A DNA stretch of 64,000 nt, from assembly GCA_964016885.1 (NCBI GenBank), contig OZ024740.1:333498001-333562000 (forward strand), read 5' to 3'. Under the pieces are notes generated by a model, which saw only the letters and a list, made by a program, of their open reading frames with translations, was not told the origin of the DNA and ran no database searches. Origin of the DNA: Eledone cirrhosa. Its lineage: Eukaryota. Both the position numbers and the translations under genes were made by a program. This document shows positions 13,490 through 27,835 of the stretch, one piece after another (position 1 is the first letter of the stretch; the number at the start of each line of letters is the position of its first letter).

Positions 13490-13492
<3 letters not shown>
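13295..13492 (+). mobile_element. Short foldback element, family Y
   Basis: 60-bp arms (13295-13354 / 13355-13414) with no loop, then an ~80-bp unique tail; (TA)n on both sides. Confidence 0.9.
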
Positions 13493-13554
<62 letters not shown>

Positions 13555-14787
13555 AACAAACACACACCTATATATATATATATATGTATACCTTTTGAAA
13601 ATAATGTGTCCAGACCTAACAAGTTGTAACTGTAACATAGAACTGGAAGTCAGTGGTGGGATTCAATTTCAATTGAAATGCATTTGGCGAAAAATTCTTA
13701 TGTACTGCCCAAATCTAATTGAACGATAGGAGTGTGTAATACGAAATACAAACTAACAAAACTAACTTAAATAATTATTCCATACCGAAAGAATTAATTC
13801 CCGGTCTTAATGTAGCTTTTAAATTATCAGTTCAAGTATACCGGTTGTTGCAGTAATTCTTGTTGCTGTTGCTGCTGTTACGTTTGAAATTGTATAATCT
13901 TCTAATTTGCATTCGATTTGATTATGTTTCATTTAGCGTTAATTATTGTCAACTGATTGAATAATTTTTAGTTCCTGGTCTTATAATTAATGAAATCACA
14001 GGAATCTGAGAATATTGTATAAAATATGACAGACATGTTGAATAATTGCAGCAATTACAATTAGGATGTTTCCACGAAAGAGTGAAACATTTAGTTTTCA
14101 TTAGATACAAATCATTAGCCAGTAAACATGGACACTGGACATTTGGACGATTTCTCGTTTCCTCAATTTAAACGTACGTAGTTAGATCTACTACATTTTC
14201 AAAAAGAAGTAATCAATATACATTAGTTACAATGGAAACTTCAATCACACTTTGTGTAATGTCTTTCAGTTTTTCGGAAAATAGAATTACTTATTCGATT
14301 ATCGCAAACCATTTTATCATTTCTAAGCAAATGGTAGATTCAAATCTAGAAGAAGCGTCAAACCGGAGAATGAAAATGGTTTAAATTAGCAGATGACCAC
14401 AAATTTAATTTTCGTTGTTGCGATAAAATATAACGCAATATAATACAGTGTGTGAGCGATAACAAACATACGCAATCATACGAATTCTAAATAAAACTAC
14501 TGTTAGTTTCTTCAATCTGACATCTACTCTTTCCAATCAATCGAAACTTAATGTAAACTCACGTTCCAGTGTAGCAACACAATACCATTCAATTAAAGTA
14601 GAACACGCAATATATTTTCTGGAATGTGTTTGATTCTGAAAGCTAATTCTTCTCCGTTATCTGTTCGTCAGTGTGTGAACCGATAAAATGTAAGTGGATT
14701 GATAGTTATAATCTAACAATATAATCGGTTTAAATGCAGCGTGTACAAATAAACATATGTACACAATTATGACATGCATTTCATATT

Positions 14788-15734
14788 CATAAGTATGTAT
14801 ACGTACATACATATATGTGTATAGACGTACAGTAGTATGTATATATATATATACATACATGCACACATATATATATGTACATATTGGTTTACCGAACATT
14901 TATTATAATGTTCGGTTTGTTTGTTTGCTCAGCCGTTAATATGCATAAGGAAAGTATATACTTTCAACGGTCCAATCATCTGACAGGAAGGTATACGATG
15001 CTGACGATAGCTAATAAGCTTGAAACTAGTACATCGTTCCACTGTCAGTGTTGAACAAAAGGGCGACGATGGTTGCCGAGCACTGTACGGCTTAATTCGG
15101 GCTGTTTGTTTACAAACAAACCGAACATTATAATAAATGTTCGGTAAACCCATACGTACATATATATATATATATGTGTGCATGTATGTATATATATACA
15201 TACTAATGTACGTCTGTACACATATATGTATGTACGTATACATACTTATATTTAGGTATCAGCCGTACTAAGAGTGAGAGATGAAATTTCGTTTCATTCT
15301 TTTCCATTTATCGTTTTCGGTACGCCCGGCCGACTAACTCACTCGATATGCAAATTAGGCTGCTCAGTCGTTAATATGCATAAGGAAAGTATACACTTTC
15401 AAACTTTCAATCATCTGACAGAAAGATATACGATGGTGACGATAGCTAATAAGCTTGAAACTAATACATCTTTCCTGTGTCAGTGTTGAACAAAAGGACG
15501 ACGATGGTTGCGAAGCACTGTTCGGCGTAATTCGGGCTGTTTGTTTACATAAAAACCGAACATTATTATAAATATTCGGTAAACTACAACGTACACATAT
15601 ATATGTGCGCATGTATGTATATATATACATGTGACTGTAGGTCTGTACACATATATGTATGCACGTATACATACTTTTATTTAGGTATCAGCCATACTAA
15701 GAGTGAGAAATGAAATTTCGTTTCATTCTTTTCC

Positions 15735-15737
<3 letters not shown>
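14788..15737 (+). mobile_element. Tandem 435-bp HHR-containing repeat with an inverted 5' fragment (retrozyme/pLTR-like)
   Basis: HHR cores at 15001 and 15436 give a 435-bp period. 14788-14920 is the reverse complement of ~15110-15250. A third copy lies at 21.97-22.64 kb. Confidence 0.85.
14995..15037 (+). ncRNA. Minimal type I hammerhead ribozyme (intact)
   Basis: acgatg-CTGACGA-tagctaataagctt-GAAA-ctag-TA-catcgt; perfect stem I and palindromic stem III ACTAGT. Confidence 0.88.
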
Positions 15738-16229
<492 letters not shown>

Positions 16230-16644
16230 GAGATTAATATCCTCACAGGTACTAAGTACCTCTGGAAATATATAGGCTGTCTATGATACAGTGGTTGTTC
16301 CATGCTATTAATTTGATATACCAGAACTATAAAATTGAGATGGGCGCAAATTTGAACAATATTAATTGTGTATGAGGTTATCAAATACAGAATCATAATA
16401 AGTCTGTGTAGAAAGAGGTAGATGGAAATCCTCGGTGTTGATACAATAGTAGTGTCGCGCAGGTCTTGAGCATAGTAATGGAGTGGAAGTTCCGGTACTT
16501 TTTAATCAAATTGAAACAAAATTGGTTTGTCCGAATATGTGAAGGGATTATTCACCGAATGCATGAAAAGCAAAAGTATGAAAAACATTCACTGTGCAAG
16601 TATTGTTTATATGTTCAAAATGGGTAGGTGTTGGTTGGTAAAAT

Positions 16645-16990
16645 TTCTTCTTCTTCTTCTTCTTCTTCTTCTTCTTCTTCTTCTTCTTCTTCTTCTTCTT
16701 CTTCTTCTTCTTCTTCTTCTTCTTCTTCTTCTTCTTCTTCTTCTTCTTCTTCTTCTTCTTCTTCTTCTTCTTCTTGTTTCAGCGTTTCCTGAAAGCAGGA
16801 ACCGTTTTCAAATGATCGGGCTGGATTCCCAACCGATACCTCTTAAGCTCATGTATGTCATCCAACCATCTTGCTCGAGGCCTACCCCTGGGTCTCCTGC
16901 TCGTATAATCTGTCGTGCGATTATTTCTTTAGACATTCTAACGACATGCCAATAATATCGGAGCAGTAATCTCTCAATCCGGACATGCAG
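16645..16990 (-). mobile_element. 3' end of an RTE-like LINE with (GAA)n tail
   Basis: The minus strand encodes LLRYYWHVVRM and, after a frameshift, RRPRGRPRARWLDDI, the conserved RTE ORF C-terminus. The (CTT)n tract at 16645-16775 is the tail. Confidence 0.75.
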
Positions 16991-18867
16991 CAGCTCTACG
17001 TGGATGACTGTCTGGCCTCCCAGCTATGCACCCTATCAAGTAATGCTACCGCAAAAAAACCCTTGAAGAAACCCCATTTCGGTCGCTCTTATTCGCGATC
17101 GTATTATGTCTATTCATTGCAATCTGGCACGCATATTAATTGTGCCCATCCCTAGAAACAAGTTATGAGTCTTTTTGGAAAATGTAGAGAAGTGCAACTA
17201 CTGATCTCAAAACAAGAAACAGAAATACAGGTTGATGCTCATAGATGTTTACTTCAAAAACGGTTTACCATATTGATTTGGAAGGGACTTAGATTAAATG
17301 AAACTTAGAATTAAGCTAGTTGAAAAGACCAGGTACGTCTATTAAATCCCTATTTGTAAAAAAAACTCCGTATGCAGTTAGATATCTGCAATATAAATCC
17401 ACACATAAATTGTAAGGTTATCAATGTGGTATAAATTATGAGATAAATAAAGAGATAGTATGTGTAGTGACACTGCTACAATACGCATAGGAAAAGTATT
17501 TTAGTTGAAATGATAAGGGAAACTTAGGGGGAATCAAATCATATGAAAATGTCGCCATTAATAGATAATGGTGAACAAGTAACAAAACTGTGCTTGTACA
17601 GCTATGATCGATGATATATGTTTAGCCAATTACAAAGCAACATCAATGTGGGTGACCCGTGGTAGAAATTAAAATAGGAAGTTCAAAGGATACAGTGCTG
17701 AAGACCAACATGAGGAAGATAAGCGTTATATCGAAAATGATATAGGATCAAAATGACATGTGGCATGCTGTGCTGTCAATGGACCACGAATTTATAAAAT
17801 GAAGAGGGGCAATATATACTAATGCTACTATTCGTCCGTTTCTGATATAATATACGATATCACAATACACTCCTCTCCATGTAATTCATTTCTTGTGCAT
17901 CAAACATGTAGCCGAAATGACTTTTCCCTTCTTCAGGCTCAGCCTCTACACAATCACTCTATTCTCATAAAACTGTACCCCATTCGCTGCGCCCTTACAT
18001 CACTTCGCCTTACATTTAATATATTGTCTATATCACATTTATCTAACAGTTATGAATTTTCCTCCTACTTAACGCTACTTATCGCTGTTTATTAGCTCTT
18101 CTCACAGCCACCACCGCGAGAAGTGAGAAAAGATGTATGCAGTCTGTGCCATAGACGGTCTCTGGAGCAATGATTTGCGATCGGTGCTCCACATCAATGC
18201 TTGAGCTTTGGTGTACATATATTGACAATTGACGGTAAACATTGCCATTATACGCTTCTCTGGGGAAACAATTCATATATATCGCAGCGTATATTTGATT
18301 ACATCCAAATGCATCGTGAATCCGATAAGCTTATGAACTGTTTTCGACATTTATATATTACAAAGTATATCACATTTCCCTTTCGAAAATCCACAAATGT
18401 TACTACGCATGAAGGATCCTGAATTAACGAGTGGGATTCAAATTGTCAATGCTACGTCATAGAAGCCACGTTTTACTCCAGTTGCTACAGTCAATTGCAA
18501 ACAATGCATCAGATAGTGATACACAATAATCGAAAGAGAGAAGGATGGTGACAGATATAATATAAAAATAATTATATTATTTCTATGATTTATCAAGCAA
18601 GAACTGGGGATAAAGAACTATTACAGCAAGTAGACGTTTGAAGTCTACACTAATGGAGGATAAAATAATGTCTTGGAAAAGTATATTGCTTAATATATGT
18701 ATGTATTTTCTATGTAACTTCATTAAGCTGCAATGCTATTGTGTAGTGAACACATTATATAACATATGAAACAATGAATCACAATTGTTGGAATGCTTCT
18801 TTAAAAGTGAAGCCACATCAGCTTCCTCAATTACTGTTCTACAGTGGGACAATGTATACATATGCTG

Positions 18868-18919
<52 letters not shown>

Positions 18920-20049
18920 ATATAGGCATATACAAGCACAGACATATGCTGAGATATATATAGTCCACAGTGAATTAAATCAGTTATAATTGGGTATCTA
19001 CCTTCTGTCGCCAGATCTTTTATAATTAAAAATACATAATCACTTATTAATCCAATATGCACAACTCTCATCATGCTATCTTCTCTATATTACATTTCCA
19101 TCATCATGTGGTGTAACTCAACCTTTCTAAAACCTGAAATCTTTGGAAATTTCTACATATTCAATGTATGCATTCATACTAAATACATTGGCCTCGCCGA
19201 TTATCTCATGAAAAAAAAATCAGAACTATTAAGACAACAACATACCTATATTACTATATTATAAACAACGGAAAGATAAATATGCGAAATATCCCTGAAT
19301 ATAAAAAGAAATATGACAGATGTTAATAGACATGGATGGTAAATCACACCAACATCGGGTAAAAAAATCAGATGACAGCCATAAAACAATTCAATTGTTT
19401 CAAGCATCTTACAGTTTGATTGCAGTGATACAATCCTAGAACCTTCTAAATTATTAGATATCACATTCTTCAAGGACAATGAATTATACGAAGCTTGAAA
19501 CATACTAATTTAGATACGTTTATAAATTAATGTAGTTGATGCATTGCATGAAGTGCTGTCGTTAAGGCGGCTGTGCCGAGATAGGCATAAATCATAATTC
19601 AGTGCTGTGCTATGCATTACACACAACAGAAAATAGACATTGCACAGTCTTATACCACGTTCACCTTTTGTAAATGTATCCACTTAATCACCATTCTCCA
19701 ACCGTCATCAACACCAAATGTACAGAGAAAAACATTTCATAAGCAATATAGAAAATTAATAAAGTTAATAGGAGCGGGCATGCAATTCATATATAAATTT
19801 TATCTGCTCCTAATTCATATTGCATGTATATGCTCCTATTCTCCATATGCTTCTTCCGCCTTTGTTATTCTTATCTAGCCTCCCATATTATGTATCCTCC
19901 TACTGTTTCTCTGAAAAGGTTCTCATATTATAGTTGTGTTTGACCTTTATGATATACTCCGATGATCCCAACCTTGTGCTAGGATGAAACGATCGCAAGT
20001 AATTAAATGTTTTAAACACTCTTTGGTTGTCATTAACATTGTGTGTGTG

Positions 20050-20152
<103 letters not shown>

Positions 20153-20668
20153 ATATATGTATGTGTGTGTGTGTGTGTGTATGAGTTAATTAGAAGTAAG
20201 TTGGAGCTACTGCTAAAATATTCTGTTGATTACTTTACTTGGCCAATTTAATTACGTCAGAAAGCATGTTACACATTGCATTAATATCTTTTTTTACGTC
20301 AAAGTAATTAAAAGCGAAATATAATTGTAAAAAATAAGTTATATAAATGATATTGAATCATAGGTTGACTGGATGCATTTGAAGTTATACATACACTAGG
20401 AAAACGTTGGGTTTATAAATAAAATTAAAATGTTGTTGGGTTTCAGCGTTCCTTGTTGTATACATTATACTATAATTGATTTAACAGATTTACTACTGTA
20501 TTACAGTATAGAAAGTGAAATCCTGCTTCAATATATGTAAATGTTTTATAAGTACGAATATACCTACATACATACATATATATATAAATTTGCTCTTTAC
20601 TCTCTTTACTCTTTGTTCTTGAATGTTTGGTTGGTAGAGTCCATAACACCAATCAAACCCCTTTTATA

Positions 20669-20713
20669 GCTCTGACGAATGCTTCGGTTACGTAAGGAAG
20701 AAACATTGTAAGC
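20669..20713 (+). ncRNA. Minimal type I hammerhead-like motif in a pLTR fragment
   Basis: gct-CTGACGA-atgcttcggttacgtaaggaa-GAAA-cattg-TA-agc; stem II is weak. Confidence 0.6.
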
Positions 20714-20827
20714 CAATACAAATCTTTTGATGTTGTAGACGCTCTTGTGTTCTTTATCATATATATACATATATATTTAAATATATATTTTTATATATAT
20801 ATATACATATATATGTATATATATATT

Positions 20828-20858
<31 letters not shown>

Positions 20859-21251
20859 TATATAAATATATATATATACATATATTTATAAATATATATA
20901 TATATTTATATATGTGTGTGTGTCTGTGTACGTGCGTGCATGTGAATTCTTGTTTTATTTTTGTTGAGTTTATAAAAGAGAAACACAATTCTATGATATA
21001 TGCAATGCAATTATTAAAATATATCGTTGAGATACTCTTTAGATATAGAAGTGATATTTACATGTTCGTAGTTTTTGTTTCTTTTCGTTTTTCCTATAAC
21101 TTTTATCGTTGCAATTTCTATGTGCAAAATATAATAACACTCTGAAAGCATATGTTTGTATATCCTCCAATATATCCTATGATCACTCCATCTTTCTCAC
21201 AATCCCTCTCATCCGTATAAACATTCACACAAATTTACACACATACACAAT

Positions 21252-21396
<145 letters not shown>

Positions 21397-21429
21397 GTGT
21401 ATGTGTGTAAATATATATGTATATATGTA

Positions 21430-21575
21430 TATATATATGATCGGCTATACAGTACGTTTTATTCAAAGTATTAACAAATGTTTCATTGGTCCGGTTTGTC
21501 AAAAGACCGCTATCCGCAGTGTTCCGCGGCACTCGATTTTAATTAAAGTTTACACCAACCAAATTCTCAAAATAC
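21430..21575. repeat. Dispersed repeat, inverted copy at ~39390-39520
   Basis: ccgctatccgcagtgttccgcgg and its flanks match the reverse complement of 39390-39520. Confidence 0.75.
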
Positions 21576-21929
21576 TAATTCGTTTTAGAAGCTACAGCGC
21601 ATTTGTATTTATAGGTACATGGAAAATAACATGAATAATAACAAGAAGGAAAGCATAGTGAGGAGGGGGATATTAGGATAATGACATGAACAAATAATAA
21701 TGTTAACATCATGAAAAAATGTGGTATGAAAAGACAATACGCTAAATATAATAAGAGAAATAGAAATAAGAATAAAATTTATCCCACAAAGAGTGAGATA
21801 ATCACAGTTCCTGTTAGAACTGCATTCTTATGTAAAGCATACGACCCGATAGCAGCCAATGATGTTGATAGCAGCCAATGATGTTGAACTTTTCTTCTGT
21901 TGGTATAACCGTCACCGAAGTATGTGTGC

Positions 21930-21964
<35 letters not shown>

Positions 21965-21975
<11 letters not shown>

Positions 21976-22404
21976 GCTACTGTACGTCTGTATACATATA
22001 TGTATGTACGTATACATACATACTTACATTTAAGTAAGTGCCGTACTAAGAGTGATAAATGAAATTTCGTTTCATTCTATTCCATTTATCGTTTACGGTG
22101 CGCCTGGCCGACTGAACTCACTCGATATGCAAATTAGGCTGCTCAGTCGTTAATTTTCATAAGGAAAGTATATACTTTCGAACGTTCAACCATCTGGCAG
22201 AAAGGTATACGGTGCTGACGATAGCTAACAAGCTTGAAACTAGTACATCGTTCCTGTGTCAGTGTTGAACAAAAAGTTGACGTGGTAGCCTGAACACTGT
22301 ACGGCGTAAATCAGGCTGTTGGTTTGTTTACAAACGAACAAAGCGAACATTATAGTAAATGTTCGGTAAACTGATACGTGCATATATATATGTGTGCCTG
22401 TATG

Positions 22405-22496
<92 letters not shown>

Positions 22497-22641
22497 TAGA
22501 TATAGATATAGATATAGATATATATACATGCTATTGTACGTCTGTATACATATATGTATGTACGTATACATACATACATACATTTAAGTAAGTGCCGTAC
22601 TAAGAGTGAGAAATGAAATTTCGTTTCATTCTATTCCATTT
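21965..22641 (+). mobile_element. ~1.3-unit permuted copy of the 435-bp HHR repeat family
   Basis: Terminal direct repeat ~21970-22087 / ~22522-22641; internal (TA)n expansion; HHR at 22209-22251. Confidence 0.85.
22209..22251 (+). ncRNA. Minimal type I hammerhead ribozyme (intact)
   Basis: acggtg-CTGACGA-tagctaacaagctt-GAAA-ctag-TA-catcgt. Confidence 0.85.
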
Positions 22642-22656
22642 ATATATATATCTATA

Positions 22657-22738
<82 letters not shown>

Positions 22739-22762
22739 TATATATATATATATAAAGAGAGA

Positions 22763-22842
<80 letters not shown>

Positions 22843-23095
22843 ATAAAATTGTTCTCACCATTCTGCCCCGCCATGAACAATCTGGGGAAACGCCCATTAC
22901 TGAAAACCGTAGGTAGCGCGAAATTTCTGTGAATTGCTATTAATATATAATAATATAATATATCAGCTCTAATATTTCATTGAGCACTTTCTCCATTTCT
23001 TCCTCCATTCTCACATCTACCGATAGTTACCTGCATCCGTATATATATTTATACACACACACATTCACACACACACACACACTCACACACACACT

Positions 23096-23169
<74 letters not shown>

Positions 23170-23640
23170 ATGAAAATAAGATATAGTGCAAAAGAACCGA
23201 AACTCTTATTTAATTTCCGCATCTGGATAGTTTCAAAATTGGTAAACAAACTCAATATATTCTAATACAAAATGAACAGAACAAATATATATTATACATG
23301 TCGGTATTTTATGTAAATAGGTTTTGTTATTGTATGATTTTGTTTTGTAAATAAACTTCTCATATGATCCAATTTTTGATTAGATTGTTCTGTGTATTGA
23401 AGAAATGTATAACTTATAGCTTATGCCAATGCACAAAATTAATCGTTCTTATTCCTATATAATGCTGGTTCATACAATTCCGTGTTTAAATAACATATCA
23501 CTGTCTACTGTCTATTCTCAGACTTACACAATAATCAGTGTTGAAGAAGACCAAGTACCAATTAGCTACATATCGCTGTATCGTCAACTAGAATCGTGGA
23601 CTTGTGCACTTTGGTTTATTATTAAAGTGTTTCCTTGATA

Positions 23641-23760
23641 TATAATTGTTTCTCCTTTTGGCACAAGGCCAGCAATTACCCAGTACATTATTGGTACTTT
23701 ATTTTATCGACCCCGTAAGGAGGGAAGGCAAAGTTAACCTCGGCGGGATTTGAACTCTGA
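23641..23760 (-). mobile_element. 5'-truncated SINE copy
   Basis: Reverse complement of the core and tail of 3053-3236. Confidence 0.8.
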
Positions 23761-25046
23761 AATAGCCAGCTGTCCACTTAATATATAGGGAGATAATTGC
23801 AAACACCTGCGATTCCCCGTCGGTAAAATTTTACTCCGAGGTGTGATCTGCATCCATTGATTTGAAGCAGCCATTTGATCCAGGTATCAACCCTTAATAT
23901 CCTAGACGACACAAGCTGAACAAATGGGAGATATTGCCTAATTAGTTTCTTATAGAGTCCATAAAAGTATTCTTTAAGTAGATCACTAACCTCAACTAGA
24001 TCTTTCTTTGAATATCCTTCATTTCCCTCCTGTTTTACGCATATGACATTTATTATTTGAACTTCAAAACATTTCCATGGCAGGCAAACGAATTGGAATG
24101 TTATTGGATAGATATTTTGGGGATTTTGGGATCAGGTTTTGTTACTAGCAAAGCAGGAGGAAAATGTATTTTTTCACAAGATCTGCAAAAATTAGAAAGT
24201 AAATTTCAATCAGACTGCGATTTCCTTATCGTTATAAAATTGATAAGGCACTTAGGATAATATAATCCAAGATATTTTGTCTGATAATAAACCAGTCTTG
24301 TTAAATAGGATTTTTCGACCGAGATGATCTGGGGCTCAACCAAAACGTTAGTAAATATACCCGTTCATTTTTCAAATCTAACAACTATTCCCAATGGAAA
24401 TTGTTCATTACGTTTGGCGTACCAAGTTTTATGCTTTCATTAGAATTCGCTTGCATTTACTATAACGTTACAGACGAAAAACTATCAGCGGTTACCTTAT
24501 CGTAAACACGTATTTACAAAGCTACTGGATTGCGCAATTATTGATTATTCTATAGAAAATAAATTAGTGAACTGACGTTCCTGATTGTTGGATTACAGAC
24601 AATCTCAGAAGGTCTTCCAGAGATTTTCTTTAAGTGCAACAATTAGAATAGTGACGTTGGACGATTTCTATTTATTGAGTGCCACTTAGTTCGACCAACT
24701 CCTTCTTTCACTCAGTTAATGCTTCTTCATTTAAACCGTTTCAACAAATGGGGTGTGTTCTCCAATCGTTATTTTTATTGTTGTTGGGGTAGAATGTCGA
24801 GGTTCTTTTATCTTTTTTCTCACAAGGTTGTTTTTATCACACAATTAGTGGAACTTATTTTGAGAGGATGGACACATTTGAGAAGTATTCGTTGTCTCTT
24901 TATTCGACTCTGGAATTTAATTTACAAGTATACGTACATTTTGAAAAGAAAATAATGATTTTGAATTCAAACGAAATTTTGCCAATTTGATATGGATTAT
25001 CTAATAATCGGACTCGTTTATGAATACATTATATATATATATATAT

Positions 25047-26660
25047 AAGAGAGTATTGAAGTTTGCTTGAAGCATTGTGGAATAATAAGGTAAATTTCTT
25101 TAAGTCGTTTGGAAGCCTCGACAATGCAGATCGGTAAATCTCCGAGTAACAGGATCCGGTGATAGCGAGAGAGATGTAAGTGGGTGTACGTTGAGATGCG
25201 TGGCGTGTATAAGATTGTAACGTGTAGAGGAATGAAGGAATGAGCGTAAAGGATAAAAATAAAAATAACAACACGAGAAAGAGTTACCTTTGGAGAGATT
25301 AAATTGTCCCTCTATATTTCGGATTCACATCCATCAACTGGAGGTTTTTTCCGTGGGGTGGGGGGGTGGGGGGTTGTCTGTCGGAAAGGTGCGAAACGTG
25401 TCCTCCGCTGTTCGTTGTTTTGAATATTGAGGTATTCAGCAGTACGCGCATGCGCATGAAATGGGGTCAGTCATGCAGCGGTCAGCGGCCGAAGTAGTTC
25501 TTTCACTTGTGGGAGTAGGTGGCGCTAGCTCTCAGTCCATTCCCTGCCTGTTTGGTGAATGCTACGGTGTGTGTGTGTGCGTGTGTTGTTGTCTCGCTTG
25601 AGTGTGTGTGTGTGTGCGCGTGTTGTTGCCTTGTTCCTCTGTATTGGCAGTGTAGTATGTTCTATGGTGGAATGCTACTGTGTGTGTGTGTGTGTTGCTG
25701 TCTCGCTTGTGTGTGTGTGTGCGTGTGTTGCTGCATCGTTTGTCAACTTAAACCAACCACCTCATTTCGCTTCTTTCGGATTGGTTGTTTAATTGTGGCT
25801 CTAGGCGTTTGATCCAAAGTGCTTCCTTGATACGTAACGTGCCGACGTTTCTTTCTGTCGCTAGAATTGTGACAATGGGCCTTCCGTCTTTTGTTTCCGC
25901 ATTTGGCTATGTGTTTCCGGAAAGACGAGGCCCTGGTTTTAGTGTGTTCCTTGATCCGGATGAGCAACGACCGGATTGTGCTACCGATATAGTATTGGTT
26001 GCACTTGTTTCATTATATCTTATTCACGACGTATGTGCGTAGCAACAGTTCGCATGGCGCATCGGGCAGTCTCTGAGGGAGCAGGCGTCAGTTGATTTCC
26101 CGGTTTTCCTGGAGAAGCATCTTCGCAGGGAGGGGCCCGAGTGGGCCAGGTGGATGTCGAGGCCCTCCCTCCGTATAGCCTTGCGGATAGCGTTGGTGGT
26201 ATTCTCGCCCAGGTGTGGCATTTTAAGGAAGCACTGGCCTTGGGCGCCTCTCTGTCTCTTGTGTCTGGTGTCTCATACTCTGTCTGTGAGCGAGGTAGGG
26301 TACCTGTTCGTCTCCAGCACCTCGAGGAATCGCTTGGTATGGGTGACACCACTCGCGGGATCGCTGCATCTGTTTTTGATTCGCGCGATCTCGTTCGTGA
26401 TGTATCCTCTTTTGGCACTGTTAGGGAGGGCGGACTTGTAGTGGACGAACAGATCCCTGCAGGATGCCTTTCGGTAGAAGTTGCAGTGGATCCCTCCCTG
26501 TTCCGTGATGTAGATTCGGAAGTCGTGGAGCGCAAGTGACCCGTCGTCGTTGGGGTGTTCAACACTGAAGTCAATGTTCTCGTCCGTGTTGTTGAACGTC
26601 TCATAGATTCTGTTCACCATGTCTTGGGAAGATGTGAGGATGAGGATGTCCTTCATTCTT
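25047..26660 (-). pseudogene. Penelope/Poseidon-like PLE 3' half (RT thumb, GIY-YIG, pLTR), disrupted
   Basis: ORF 26273-26779 gives FNNTDENIDFSVE...LHDFRI...FYRK...HYKSALP. Downstream reads KCNQYYIGSTIRSLLIRIKEH and LRIKEALWIKRLEPQLN, with stops and frameshifts. Confidence 0.85.
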
Positions 26661-26899
26661 CTACACGTTACAATCTTATACACGCTATGCATCTCAACGT
26701 ACACCCACTTACATCTGTCTCTCCACCACCGGATCTTGTTACCCGAAAATTTACCCATCTGCATAGTCGTGGCTTCCAAACGACTTAAAGAAATTTACCT
26801 TATTATTCCACAATGCTTCAAGCAAACTTCAATACTCTCTTATCTTTACACCTGAGCCAGGAATTGTTTGCATCCGTAAGGGAACTGTTTAGACTGTCG

Positions 26900-27835
26900 G
26901 AGAAATCGGCCAAATTATTTTCCTGAAACGCTGCCTAAAAACGATGTCATCCCCAACACAATCAGGAACATCCGCTTACCAGTAAGCCTACGTACACCAG
27001 CTTTCCAAAACACCACTAACCGCATACATCGCATGTGTATTAAACAGATCCTGAGACATCTCAACCACCAATTACGCATCCATAAGCGGACACACTCAGA
27101 GCGGACACACCGACTGTCAATAACACTCGGAGACTTGCTCCTGAAAATCATTAAAGCAATCAACCAGTGTTACCACTCCAGAGTCCAATACGAGAAAAAA
27201 ACGGCTCAAGTGGAAATATGAGTGGATCTTGTCTAAACTCCACAACGAGAACATCGGCACTAACGAATAGACGGACCAGAACCACGTGGAAAACAACAGC
27301 TTAACAACCGCCACCGCAGCATCCACACCTCAACGATGCGACGCACCAGATCACCGACCTAAACGGCACTCTCACGAGCGACGAGCTGAAACTCCTACAC
27401 CTCGGACCCAGTTAATCGTCTCACAACGACTCGACGACAGACTCAAACTCAACATCGAGGCCAACTTTTGTCGAGCCGCTTACCAACTTAAATGGGTGAC
27501 CGCCATCAACAGCGCCACAGAAAATAACAGCGCCCACGCAACCCACCCCAAGTTCCCCACTTACCACCTCGACAACCCACTCCACCCCCCACCCACCAAC
27601 TACGAACTCGACACTAAACTCATCAGGCTAAAACACTCCATCTCGAATATACTTCACACACACACACACACGCGCACAACATACAACCTCACCAAATCTC
27701 AACTCACCACTCTCTCCAACCTAAAATCGAAGAACCTCATCTACCTCCCCTCCGACAAGGGAAAAGAATTCTGCGTCATCAGCAGAGAGGCCTACAACAC
27801 TCTGGCCCTCCAACACCTTGACGATGATAACCTCT
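26900..27835 (+). pseudogene. PLE ORF N-terminal region up to the DKG motif
   Basis: NLTKSQLTTLSNLKSKNLIYLPSDKGKEFCVISREAY...QHLDD matches the PLE DKG region. The segment is C-rich, unlike the downstream RT. Confidence 0.75.
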
